Assembly: GCA_900315545.1 (NCBI GenBank)
Contig: OMZM01000011.1
Location: 11,760 to 75,759 of the forward strand
Source of the DNA: an uncultured Prevotella sp.
GTDB lineage: Bacteria; Bacteroidota; Bacteroidia; Bacteroidales; Bacteroidaceae
Length of the DNA: 64,000 bases
Direction of reading: 5' to 3'
Part shown: piece by piece, positions 7,910 to 16,326 of the stretch
Layout: each line of letters starts with the position of its first letter
Position numbering within the stretch: position 1 is the first letter of the stretch
Notes under the pieces: model-generated
Databases searched by the model: none
What the model was told of the DNA's origin: nothing
What the model saw: the letters and a program-made list of their open reading frames with translations, nothing else
Made by a program: the position numbers and the translations under genes

Positions 7910-8485
7910 ATGAAAAAGTTTTATTTATTCGTATTGCTGCTCGTTTCGGCAATAAGTACTAACGCACAGACATTTGACGAGGCTGATCTCGTCGGCACTT
8001 GGACAACAACGGGACTTGATTATGCTCCGTTAGGTATCACAAACATTGAAAGTATCACTTTGGAGGATGGGTTATATGGCGATATTGATGATATTGATGA
8101 CTATAAATTTTATGCTTGTGGAATGATAAAGCTAACAGAAAAAGATCCAAACTACGCTCAATACGGCAAGGATGAAGAGAGAACGTGTGAAAGATCTATT
8201 CTTGATTATTTCATAATAAATAATAAGCTTCACATTATAGTTGATGAATATTACACTTTACATTTCATCATCGAGGAACTCACGGCTACAACCCTCAAGG
8301 TCAAGACCTACGGCGGAAAGAGCTACACGTTCACAAAAGACAACTCAAGCAATGCTGTCCAGTCAGTAAACATTACTCGACCTGCCGATGAATCCACCTA
8401 TAATCTCAGCGGACAGGAAGTAGAAAACATTACGGCTGACGGCATCTACATCCAGAACGGACAAAAGAAAGTCGTAAAAAAATAA
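7910..8485 (+). CDS. Secreted protein with lipocalin-like middle region and short T9SS-type C-terminal domain
   Basis: Signal peptide MKKFYLFVLLLVSAISTNAQ; LVGTW motif; C-terminus YNLSGQ...GIYIQNGQKKVVKK. Confidence 0.7.
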   Translation: MKKFYLFVLLLVSAISTNAQTFDEADLVGTWTTTGLDYAPLGITNIESITLEDGLYGDIDDIDDYKFYACGMIKLTEKDPNYAQYGKDEERTCERSILDYFIINNKLHIIVDEYYTLHFIIEELTATTLKVKTYGGKSYTFTKDNSSNAVQSVNITRPADESTYNLSGQEVENITADGIYIQNGQKKVVKK

Positions 8486-8829
8486 GGGAGGGACTGAAAC
8501 GCACGACAGGACTATACCTTGACTGATTTTCAACCATCCTCAACTACAACAAAAGAAAGGGCTGCTACCATCAAAGGTGTCAGCCCTTTTGGTTACCGTC
8601 GCAGTCTACAAACATAACCTATGTAATGGCTTTCCATAAGCAAGAAAACATCGCTCAACATATGTAAACATCAATACAAGAACTATGACGGAATAACACA
8701 CAAATATTTCTTCTCTGCAACTGTTTGGCTGTTAAGAAGTTAAATAAGTTATCCTATTTATTCTTCCATTATTGAAAAAGATTTTGTACTTTTGCAAAAT
8801 AGTATTGACTTATTATTCATAGACTATAT

Positions 8830-10701
8830 ATGAACACAAAATATGATGTTATTGTCGTTGGTGGTGGGCATGCCGGTTGCGAGGCTGCAACGGCGGCTGC
8901 CAACATGGGGGCTAAGACGCTGCTCGTAACGATGGACATGAACCGCATAGCGCAGATGTCGTGCAATCCGGCTGTCGGCGGAATAGCTAAAGGTCAGATA
9001 GTCAGAGAGATAGATGCTCTGGGCGGACAAATGGGACTCATCACAGACAAGACGGCAATACAGTTTCGCATGCTCAACCGCTCGAAAGGTCCTGCCGTAT
9101 GGAGCCCGCGTGCTCAATGCGACAGGGAGAAGTTTATATGGGCATGGCGAGAGACTCTGGATCATACGGACAACCTCGACATCTGGCAGGATCAGGCAGA
9201 CAGGCTGATTGTGGAGAACGGCGAGGCGGTGGGCATCGCTACCATCTGGGGCATGGAGTTTAGAGCCAAGAGCATTGTCGTTACGGCAGGAACGTTTCTC
9301 AACGGACTGATGCACGTGGGCAGAAAGCAGATAGAGGGAGGACGAATGGCTGAGCCGGCAGTGCATAATTTTGCAGAGAGCATTGCCGTACATGGCATCA
9401 GGAAAGACAGGATGAAGACAGGAACGCCTGTGCGCATAGACTGCAGAAGCGTGCATTTTGAGGACATGGAACGCCAAGACGGCGAACAGGACTACCATAA
9501 GTTCAGTTTCATGGGCGAACAGCGCGTTCTGAAACAGTTGCCATGCTGGATGTGCTACACTAACCCTGACGTACACAAGCGACTGAACGACGGACTCGAC
9601 GAATCGCCACTGTACAACGGACAGATACAAAGCATCGGACCACGATACTGTCCGTCGATAGAAACAAAGCTCGTAACGTTCCCCGAAAGGGACAAGCACC
9701 TGCTGTTCCTGGAGCCGGAAGGCGAAACGACTAACGAGATGTATCTGAACGGATTTTCGTCGTCGATGCCTACGGAGATACAGCTCGATGCACTCAGGCA
9801 GATACCGGCGTTCCGCGACATAAAGACATACCGACCGGGATATGCTATAGAATATGACTTCTTCGACCCTACACAACTGCTGCATTCGCTCGAATCGAAG
9901 GTAATAAAAGGACTTTTCCTTGCCGGACAGGTCAACGGCACAACGGGCTATGAGGAGGCGGCAGGACAGGGACTGGTGGCTGGCGTGAACGCGGCTAACT
10001 TGTGCTCTGGAAGCAAACCGTTCATCATGCATCGCGACGAGAGTTATATCGGTGTACTGATAGACGATCTCGTAACGAAAGGCGTGGACGAGCCTTACCG
10101 TATGTTTACGTCGAGGGCAGAATACAGAATCTTGCTGCGACAGGACGATGCAGATGCACGACTGACAGAAAAGGCTTTCAACATGGGACTGGCTACGAAG
10201 GAAAGAATGGATTTCTGGACTGAAAAGAACAACGCAATAGACAGGATTATAAACTTCTGCAACACTGCAAGCGTGAAGCCTAACGACGTCAACAGCTGGC
10301 TGGAAAACCACAACACAACACCGCTGCACATTGGCGCAAAACTTACCGACCTGCTGGCAAGACCGCAGATCAACATGACGGACATCTACGAAATAAGTCC
10401 GAAACTAAAAGAAATGGTCGGCTCACTGCCTAACAGACAAGACGAAATCAGCGAGGCTGCCGAAATAAAAATAAAATACAAGGGGTATATTGAGCGAGAA
10501 AAACTGTTTGCCGACAAGATGAAGCGACTCGAAAACATAAAGATAAAAGGGCACTTCAACTATGAACAGATGACTCAGATATCAATAGAAGCAAGACAGA
10601 AGCTCGCAAAGATAGACCCAGAAACTCTCGCACAGGCAAGTAGAATACCAGGAGTGTCGCCAAGCGACATCAACGCACTGCTCGTGTTATCGGGAAGATA
10701 A
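8830..10701 (+). CDS. mnmG: tRNA uridine-5-carboxymethylaminomethyl(34) synthesis enzyme MnmG (GidA)
   Basis: VIVVGGGHAGCEAA, MSCNPAVGG, GPRYCPSIE, GQVNGTTGYEEA motifs. Confidence 0.98.
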   Translation: MNTKYDVIVVGGGHAGCEAATAAANMGAKTLLVTMDMNRIAQMSCNPAVGGIAKGQIVREIDALGGQMGLITDKTAIQFRMLNRSKGPAVWSPRAQCDREKFIWAWRETLDHTDNLDIWQDQADRLIVENGEAVGIATIWGMEFRAKSIVVTAGTFLNGLMHVGRKQIEGGRMAEPAVHNFAESIAVHGIRKDRMKTGTPVRIDCRSVHFEDMERQDGEQDYHKFSFMGEQRVLKQLPCWMCYTNPDVHKRLNDGLDESPLYNGQIQSIGPRYCPSIETKLVTFPERDKHLLFLEPEGETTNEMYLNGFSSSMPTEIQLDALRQIPAFRDIKTYRPGYAIEYDFFDPTQLLHSLESKVIKGLFLAGQVNGTTGYEEAAGQGLVAGVNAANLCSGSKPFIMHRDESYIGVLIDDLVTKGVDEPYRMFTSRAEYRILLRQDDADARLTEKAFNMGLATKERMDFWTEKNNAIDRIINFCNTASVKPNDVNSWLENHNTTPLHIGAKLTDLLARPQINMTDIYEISPKLKEMVGSLPNRQDEISEAAEIKIKYKGYIEREKLFADKMKRLENIKIKGHFNYEQMTQISIEARQKLAKIDPETLAQASRIPGVSPSDINALLVLSGR

Positions 10702-10707
10702 ACGTAT

Positions 10708-10723
10708 CGTTTCACGTGAAACA
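10708..10723. other. parS centromere-like site
   Basis: cGTTTCACGTGAAACa, 15/16 match to the widespread consensus TGTTTCACGTGAAACA. Confidence 0.88.
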
Positions 10724-10760
10724 ACATAATGAATATACAAACATAAATACATAAAAGAAA

Positions 10761-11291
10761 ATGAACAATGAAAAACTTATGGAAAACCTGCGCTGCATTC
10801 CAGATTTTCCACAGAAAGGTATTAACTTCAGAGATGTTACAACCCTTTTTAAGAATGCTGAATGTCTGAAAATCATGGAAGACGAACTCTACGAATTATA
10901 CAAAGACAAGGGTATAACAAAGATTGTTGGCATTGAAAGTAGAGGTTTTGTAATGGCATCGGCTCTGGCTGTCAGACTTGGAGCTGGCATCGTATTGTGC
11001 AGAAAACCTGGAAAACTTCCGGCAGAGACAGTTCAGGAAAGTTATTCTAAAGAGTACGGAACTGACACTATTGAGATTCACAAAGACGCAATCGACGAGA
11101 ATGATGTTGTATTGCTACACGACGACCTGCTGGCTACTGGCGGAACTATGAGAGCTGCATATAATCTCGTAAAGAAGTTTTCACCAAAAGACATATTCGT
11201 AAACTTCCTTATAGAAATTACAGACGAAGGACTGCACGGCAGAGATATATTTGAAAAGGACACAGAAATAACTACTTTAATAAAAGTGTAG
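10761..11291 (+). CDS. apt: Adenine phosphoribosyltransferase
   Basis: PDFPQKGINFRD, GIESRGF and PRPP-binding DDLLATGGT motifs. Confidence 0.97.
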   Translation: MNNEKLMENLRCIPDFPQKGINFRDVTTLFKNAECLKIMEDELYELYKDKGITKIVGIESRGFVMASALAVRLGAGIVLCRKPGKLPAETVQESYSKEYGTDTIEIHKDAIDENDVVLLHDDLLATGGTMRAAYNLVKKFSPKDIFVNFLIEITDEGLHGRDIFEKDTEITTLIKV

Positions 11292-11365
11292 CAGAACTTA
11301 AAGCAAGGTTTCATCAACATCAAGATACTCAAATAATATGGAGAATAGAAGAAGAACCTACATAC

Positions 11366-11381
11366 AGTTTCACGTGAAACA
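11366..11381. other. parS centromere-like site (second copy)
   Basis: aGTTTCACGTGAAACa, 15/16 match to the consensus. Confidence 0.88.
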
Positions 11382-11422
11382 ACAAAAGAGAAAATCGTTA
11401 TAACTCAACAAATTAGAAAAAG

Positions 11423-13261
11423 TTGACAAAGAAAGAAAACATAAACAATAAAGAACAACTGAAGAATATTGTTCTTAGCATGCCTGATTTACCTGGAAGT
11501 TATCAATTCTGGGATGAAAACGGCATAATTATATATGTAGGTAAAGCTAAAAACCTAAAAAATCGTGTTTCTACATATTTTCATAAGGAAGTAGACAGAT
11601 TTAAAACGAAAGTTCTTGTAAGCAAAATCAGAAACATTACATATACTGTCGTTAAAACCGAAGAAGATGCATTGTTGTTGGAAAATTCTTTAATTAAGAA
11701 ATATAAACCTAAGTACAATGTGTTGCTGAAAGACGGAAAAACATATCCGTCTATCTGTGTTACAAACGAACCTTTCCCACGAATATTCAAGACAAGGACT
11801 ATCAACAAGAAATGGGGAACATACTATGGACCATATTCTCACATCAGTACTATGTACGGACTGCTGGAACTGCTGAACAAACTATACCGTATAAGAACAT
11901 GCAGAATGCCTATGACTGAAGCTGGTGTTAAGGATGAAAAATACAAGACTTGTCTGGAATATCACATAAAGAAATGTGATGCACCATGCGTAGGCAAGAT
12001 TTCAAGAGATGACTATATAAGAAAAATTAAGCAGGCACAGGAGATTTTAAAGGGAAACACGAGGCAAGTAAGCCAGCAAATACTGGAAGAAATGAAAATT
12101 TGTGCCGATGAATTAAGATTTGAAGAAGCTGAAGAACTGAAACAAAAGTATATTCTGCTGAATAATTACTGCGCTAAAAGCGAAATTGTTTCGCAAACAA
12201 TAAACAACATAGATGTATTCTCCGTTACAAACGATGAAAACAATAAAAATGCTTATATAAACTTCCTGCATATCACAAATGGAGCAATCAACCAAGCATT
12301 TACATTCGAATATAAACGCAAATTGGACGAAAGCGACAGCGAACTACTGTCGCTGGCTATTCCTGAGATACGACAAAGATTTAAAAGTAATGCTAAAGAG
12401 ATTGTCGTACCAGTGGAAATAGACTGGAAATTGGACAATGTTACGTTCATTATTCCTCAAAAAGGAGAGAAAAAACACTTGCTTGAACTGTCTCTGCTAA
12501 ACGGCAGACAATATCGTGTGGACAGGCTGAAACAGTCTGAAAAACTAAATCCTGAACAACGGCAGACAAGACTTATGAAGGAACTTCAAAATGCATTGCA
12601 ACTGAGAAAGTTGCCAATGCACATTGAATGTTTTGACAACTCAAACATATCTGGTACTGACGCTGTTGCTGGTTGCGTCGTTTTCAAAAACCTTAAGCCA
12701 TCGAAGAAAGACTATAGAAAATACAATATAAAAACCGTTGTTGGCCCTGACGATTATGCATCTATGAAAGAGGTTGTAAGGCGCAGATATTCCCGCATGA
12801 AAGATGAAGGCACTCCCCTGCCCGACCTTATTATTACTGACGGTGGCAAAGGTCAAATGGAAGTAGTGCGCTGCGTGGTTGAAGACGAACTACACCTTGA
12901 TATTCCTATTGCGGGACTGGCAAAAGACAATAGACATCGAACTAATGAACTGCTTTTCGGTTTCCCTCCACAGGTAATTGGTATGAAAACTGACAGCGAG
13001 CTGTTCCATATACTGACACAAATACAGGACGAAGTGCACCGCTATGCAATTACATTCCACCGCAATAAACGCTCAAAACATGCTTTACACAGCATGCTTG
13101 ACGAAATACCAGGCATAGGTCCGAAGACAAAAAACTTGCTGATATCAAAGTGGAAATCAGTAAAAAAACTGCAAAGTATTGATATTGAAACACTTACACA
13201 TATCATAGGTAAGCAAAAAGCAACATCATTATACACATATTTGCATAAAGAAGATGAGTAA
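11423..13261 (+). CDS. uvrC: Excinuclease ABC subunit C
   Basis: GIY-YIG N-terminus (IIYVGKAKNLKNRV), ECFDNSN, DGGKGQ, C-terminal HhH. Start codon uncertain. Confidence 0.97.
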   Translation: MTKKENINNKEQLKNIVLSMPDLPGSYQFWDENGIIIYVGKAKNLKNRVSTYFHKEVDRFKTKVLVSKIRNITYTVVKTEEDALLLENSLIKKYKPKYNVLLKDGKTYPSICVTNEPFPRIFKTRTINKKWGTYYGPYSHISTMYGLLELLNKLYRIRTCRMPMTEAGVKDEKYKTCLEYHIKKCDAPCVGKISRDDYIRKIKQAQEILKGNTRQVSQQILEEMKICADELRFEEAEELKQKYILLNNYCAKSEIVSQTINNIDVFSVTNDENNKNAYINFLHITNGAINQAFTFEYKRKLDESDSELLSLAIPEIRQRFKSNAKEIVVPVEIDWKLDNVTFIIPQKGEKKHLLELSLLNGRQYRVDRLKQSEKLNPEQRQTRLMKELQNALQLRKLPMHIECFDNSNISGTDAVAGCVVFKNLKPSKKDYRKYNIKTVVGPDDYASMKEVVRRRYSRMKDEGTPLPDLIITDGGKGQMEVVRCVVEDELHLDIPIAGLAKDNRHRTNELLFGFPPQVIGMKTDSELFHILTQIQDEVHRYAITFHRNKRSKHALHSMLDEIPGIGPKTKNLLISKWKSVKKLQSIDIETLTHIIGKQKATSLYTYLHKEDE

Positions 13262-13288
13262 TAACAATATAATTAGTATATTTGCACC

Positions 13289-13741
13289 ATGAGAGTAGTT
13301 GTTCAACGTGTAAAACATGCCAGCGTAACGATAAACCAGGAGAAGAAAAGCAGCATACAACAAGGTTTGCTGATACTTCTTGGTATTAGCAACGACGACA
13401 GCAAAGAAGATGCAGACTGGCTTATAAAGAAATGTCTAAACCTGCGTATCTTCGATGACAGCGAAGGCGTTATGAACCAGTCGGTTACTGACATCGACGG
13501 CGAAGTTATGGTAGTTTCGCAATTCACACTTATGGCATCATATAAAAAAGGCAATCGTCCGAGTTACATACATGCTGCACCGCCAGAATATTCCATACCT
13601 CTGTATGAGTATTTTTGCCGCAAAATATCCGATGAAATGTGCAAAAATATAGCAACTGGCGAGTTCGGTGCAGATATGAAAGTTGACCTGCTGAACGACG
13701 GACCTGTAACCATTTGCATGGATACAAAGAACAAGGAGTGA
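13289..13741 (+). CDS. dtd: D-aminoacyl-tRNA deacylase
   Basis: MRVVVQRV, SQFTL and NDGPVT motifs. Confidence 0.97.
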   Translation: MRVVVQRVKHASVTINQEKKSSIQQGLLILLGISNDDSKEDADWLIKKCLNLRIFDDSEGVMNQSVTDIDGEVMVVSQFTLMASYKKGNRPSYIHAAPPEYSIPLYEYFCRKISDEMCKNIATGEFGADMKVDLLNDGPVTICMDTKNKE

Positions 13742-13780
13742 TAACAAAAAGACAAGAACAGCTGTACAAATACGACAAAG

Positions 13781-14107
13781 ATGACAATAAAAGAAGCACA
13801 ACAGACTGTAGACCAGTGGATTAAAACATACGGGGTACGCTATTTCTCGGAACTGACAAATATGGCTTGCCTTACTGAGGAGGTTGGAGAATTAGCACGT
13901 ATTATAGCACGAAAATATGGCGACCAAAGTTTTAAATCTGGCGAAAATGAAGATTTATCTGAGGAAATGGCAGATGTACTGTGGGTACTCATTTGCCTTG
14001 CTAACCAGACTGGTATAGATTTGACCTCTGCCCTACTCCAGTCCATAGACAAGAAGACAAGGCGCGACTCAAAAAGACACATTGAGAACGCAAAACTAAA
14101 ACATTGA
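13781..14107 (+). CDS. MazG-like nucleotide pyrophosphohydrolase
   Basis: LTEEVGELAR...EEMADVLWVLICLANQTGIDL motif. Confidence 0.88.
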   Translation: MTIKEAQQTVDQWIKTYGVRYFSELTNMACLTEEVGELARIIARKYGDQSFKSGENEDLSEEMADVLWVLICLANQTGIDLTSALLQSIDKKTRRDSKRHIENAKLKH

Positions 14108-14167
14108 CAAACAGATATTTACACATCATTCGTATATTCAAATAATAACTAATAAAACTATAAAGAC

Positions 14168-15106
14168 ATGGAAGAGAAACATTGTAACTGCCATCATGAG
14201 CATCATCATGAGAAGATAAAGCACGTTAGTAAATATGAAAACGTATTGTCGAAGTATAACTGCGACCTTGACGACAATACCGTTCGCGAAGCCGTGAAGA
14301 AGATAATAGCAGAGCATGTACCAGAAAACGATACGCTCGATGTAAAAAAATTCCTCATGGGGTCCATCGAACTTACGACTCTGAAGACTACCGACAGCGA
14401 CGAAAGCGTATTAGCATTTACCGAGCGCGTCAACCAATACGACGAACAATACCCAGACCTACCCCACCTGGCAACAATCTGCGTATATCCATGTTTTGCC
14501 AAAACGGTAAGCGAAACATTAGAGGTTGAGGGCGTAGAAGTTGCATGTGTGTCAGGAAGTTTCCCGTCATCTCAGGCAGCAATAGAAGTAAAGATAGCTG
14601 AAACTGCACTCGCAGTAAGAGACGGTGCTACCGAGATAGACATCGTAATGCCCGTAGGAAAGTTCCTTTCAGGCGACTATGAAGGTGTTTGCGATGACAT
14701 TAACGAGGTGAAACAAGCCTGCGGAGACAAGGCAATGAAAGTTATTCTGGAAACGGGTTGTCTCAAGACAGCCTCAAACATAAAGCGTGCATCTATCCTT
14801 TCTATGTATGCCGGAGCAGACTATATCAAGACTTCTACCGGCAAACTTGAACCTGCCGCTACACCAGAAGCAGCATACGTCATGTGTCAGGCTATCAAGG
14901 AATATTACGACGAGACGGGTATACAAATTGGTTTCAAGCCTGCCGGCGGACTAAACAGCGTAATGGATGCATTGATTTACTATACTATCGTGAAAGAAGT
15001 TCTTGGCGATAAATGGCTGACAAACAAGTGGTTCCGTCTTGGAACAAGCCGTTTGGCAAACCTTCTGCTCAGCGAAATCGTAGGCGAAGAAACAAAATTC
15101 TTCTAA
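14168..15106 (+). CDS. deoC: Deoxyribose-phosphate aldolase
   Basis: EIDIV, KVILET, YIKTSTGK, GFKPAGG motifs. Confidence 0.95.
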   Translation: MEEKHCNCHHEHHHEKIKHVSKYENVLSKYNCDLDDNTVREAVKKIIAEHVPENDTLDVKKFLMGSIELTTLKTTDSDESVLAFTERVNQYDEQYPDLPHLATICVYPCFAKTVSETLEVEGVEVACVSGSFPSSQAAIEVKIAETALAVRDGATEIDIVMPVGKFLSGDYEGVCDDINEVKQACGDKAMKVILETGCLKTASNIKRASILSMYAGADYIKTSTGKLEPAATPEAAYVMCQAIKEYYDETGIQIGFKPAGGLNSVMDALIYYTIVKEVLGDKWLTNKWFRLGTSRLANLLLSEIVGEETKFF

Positions 15107-15135
15107 TAGTCAGTAACTATACATTCTATAAATAT

Positions 15136-15182
15136 TACATAATAAGACGCATCTCTAATTATTTTGAGATGCGTCTTATTAT
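15136..15182. terminator. Bidirectional terminator between convergent deoC and ispB
   Basis: ATAATAAGACGCATCTC-TAATTATTTT-GAGATGCGTCTTATTAT. Confidence 0.8.
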
Positions 15183-15264
15183 ATCTTTACTTTAAAATAG
15201 ATATTCAATAACCACCTGAATGCAAGTGAATACCTCTGTTATTGGCGCTTTAACACCGATGAAA

Positions 15265-16242
15265 TCATAATTTTCTTTCTATTATATAGTCAAGGTACGA
15301 CCTTAAAGCATTGGCAATATCACTGTCATCAACATACTTGTCAACAAAAGATAACGCTTCAGCATGTAGTTTTTCCATTACTTCCTCTGCATACTCGATA
15401 CCACCATTCTTCTTGGTAAACTCTATAAAAACCGTGATTTCATCGGTAGATATACTTCTATTTTTTACTTTCTTTGCAAGGGCAAGCATTTCCTTGTCCT
15501 GTGTCTTGTTGAGTGCAAATATAGCAGGCAGGGTTATCTTGCCTTCAGCCATATCGTTTCCTGTTGGCTTTCCTATCTCCTTAGAGTCGTAATAGTCGAA
15601 AATATCATCACGGATTTGAAAAATAATACCGATAATTCTGCCAAATTCCATCGCCGCAGCTATCTGCTCTTCGCCTGCATGAGCCGATATAGCACCCATT
15701 TCTGCACAGCACTTGAACAATGAAGCTGTTTTCGACTCAATTATCTTGTAGTATATCTCCTCAGAAATACCATCATTTTCGAAGTTGGTAAGTTGTAGTA
15801 TCTCTCCCTTAGACAACGTTCTTCCCAGTTCAGCCAGAGCATTGATAATCACACTGTCTTTAGTCAGGGAAACGCGTTGCAGTGCCGTTGACAAGATATA
15901 GTCTCCAACAAGAACCGCCACCTTATTATTATAAGAAGCATTCACCGACGCCTGCCCTCTCCTCTCCGTGCTTTCGTCGACGACATCATCGTGTACCAAC
16001 GAAGCAGTATGAAGCAGTTCAAGACCGAGAGCCGCATTCTGAGTAACATCGTTGACATCGCCGAAACACTTGGCTATAAGCATTGTCAGTATCGGTCTCA
16101 TCCGCTTTCCTCCTCGCTGACGAATATGCGTGAGAGCATCGTCCAAGAGTCCTTCACCCTGAGACAGCGACTCATCAAACATATTTGCGAACGTCTTGAG
16201 TTCGTCTGAAATTAGTTTTCTTATCAGTGAAAAATCATTCAT
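15265..16242 (-). CDS. ispB: Polyprenyl (octaprenyl) diphosphate synthase
   Basis: GGKRMRP and both aspartate-rich motifs (LVHDDVVD, FQIRDD). Confidence 0.9.
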   Translation of the reverse strand: MNDFSLIRKLISDELKTFANMFDESLSQGEGLLDDALTHIRQRGGKRMRPILTMLIAKCFGDVNDVTQNAALGLELLHTASLVHDDVVDESTERRGQASVNASYNNKVAVLVGDYILSTALQRVSLTKDSVIINALAELGRTLSKGEILQLTNFENDGISEEIYYKIIESKTASLFKCCAEMGAISAHAGEEQIAAAMEFGRIIGIIFQIRDDIFDYYDSKEIGKPTGNDMAEGKITLPAIFALNKTQDKEMLALAKKVKNRSISTDEITVFIEFTKKNGGIEYAEEVMEKLHAEALSFVDKYVDDSDIANALRSYLDYIIERKL

Positions 16243-16326
16243 AATCCGAAATTTCCTACAAAATTAGATATTTTGATTGTTATATACAAAAAAAATTGTA
16301 CTTTTGAACGAAAAATTAAATTAACG

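Noticed and set aside
8824-10329. Long antisense ORFs (501 aa here; also 2384-3466, 26307-27410, 22024-23127, 49835-50821 and others)
   Set aside because: They lie opposite well-supported genes, have no recognisable motifs, and are expected from biased codon usage.
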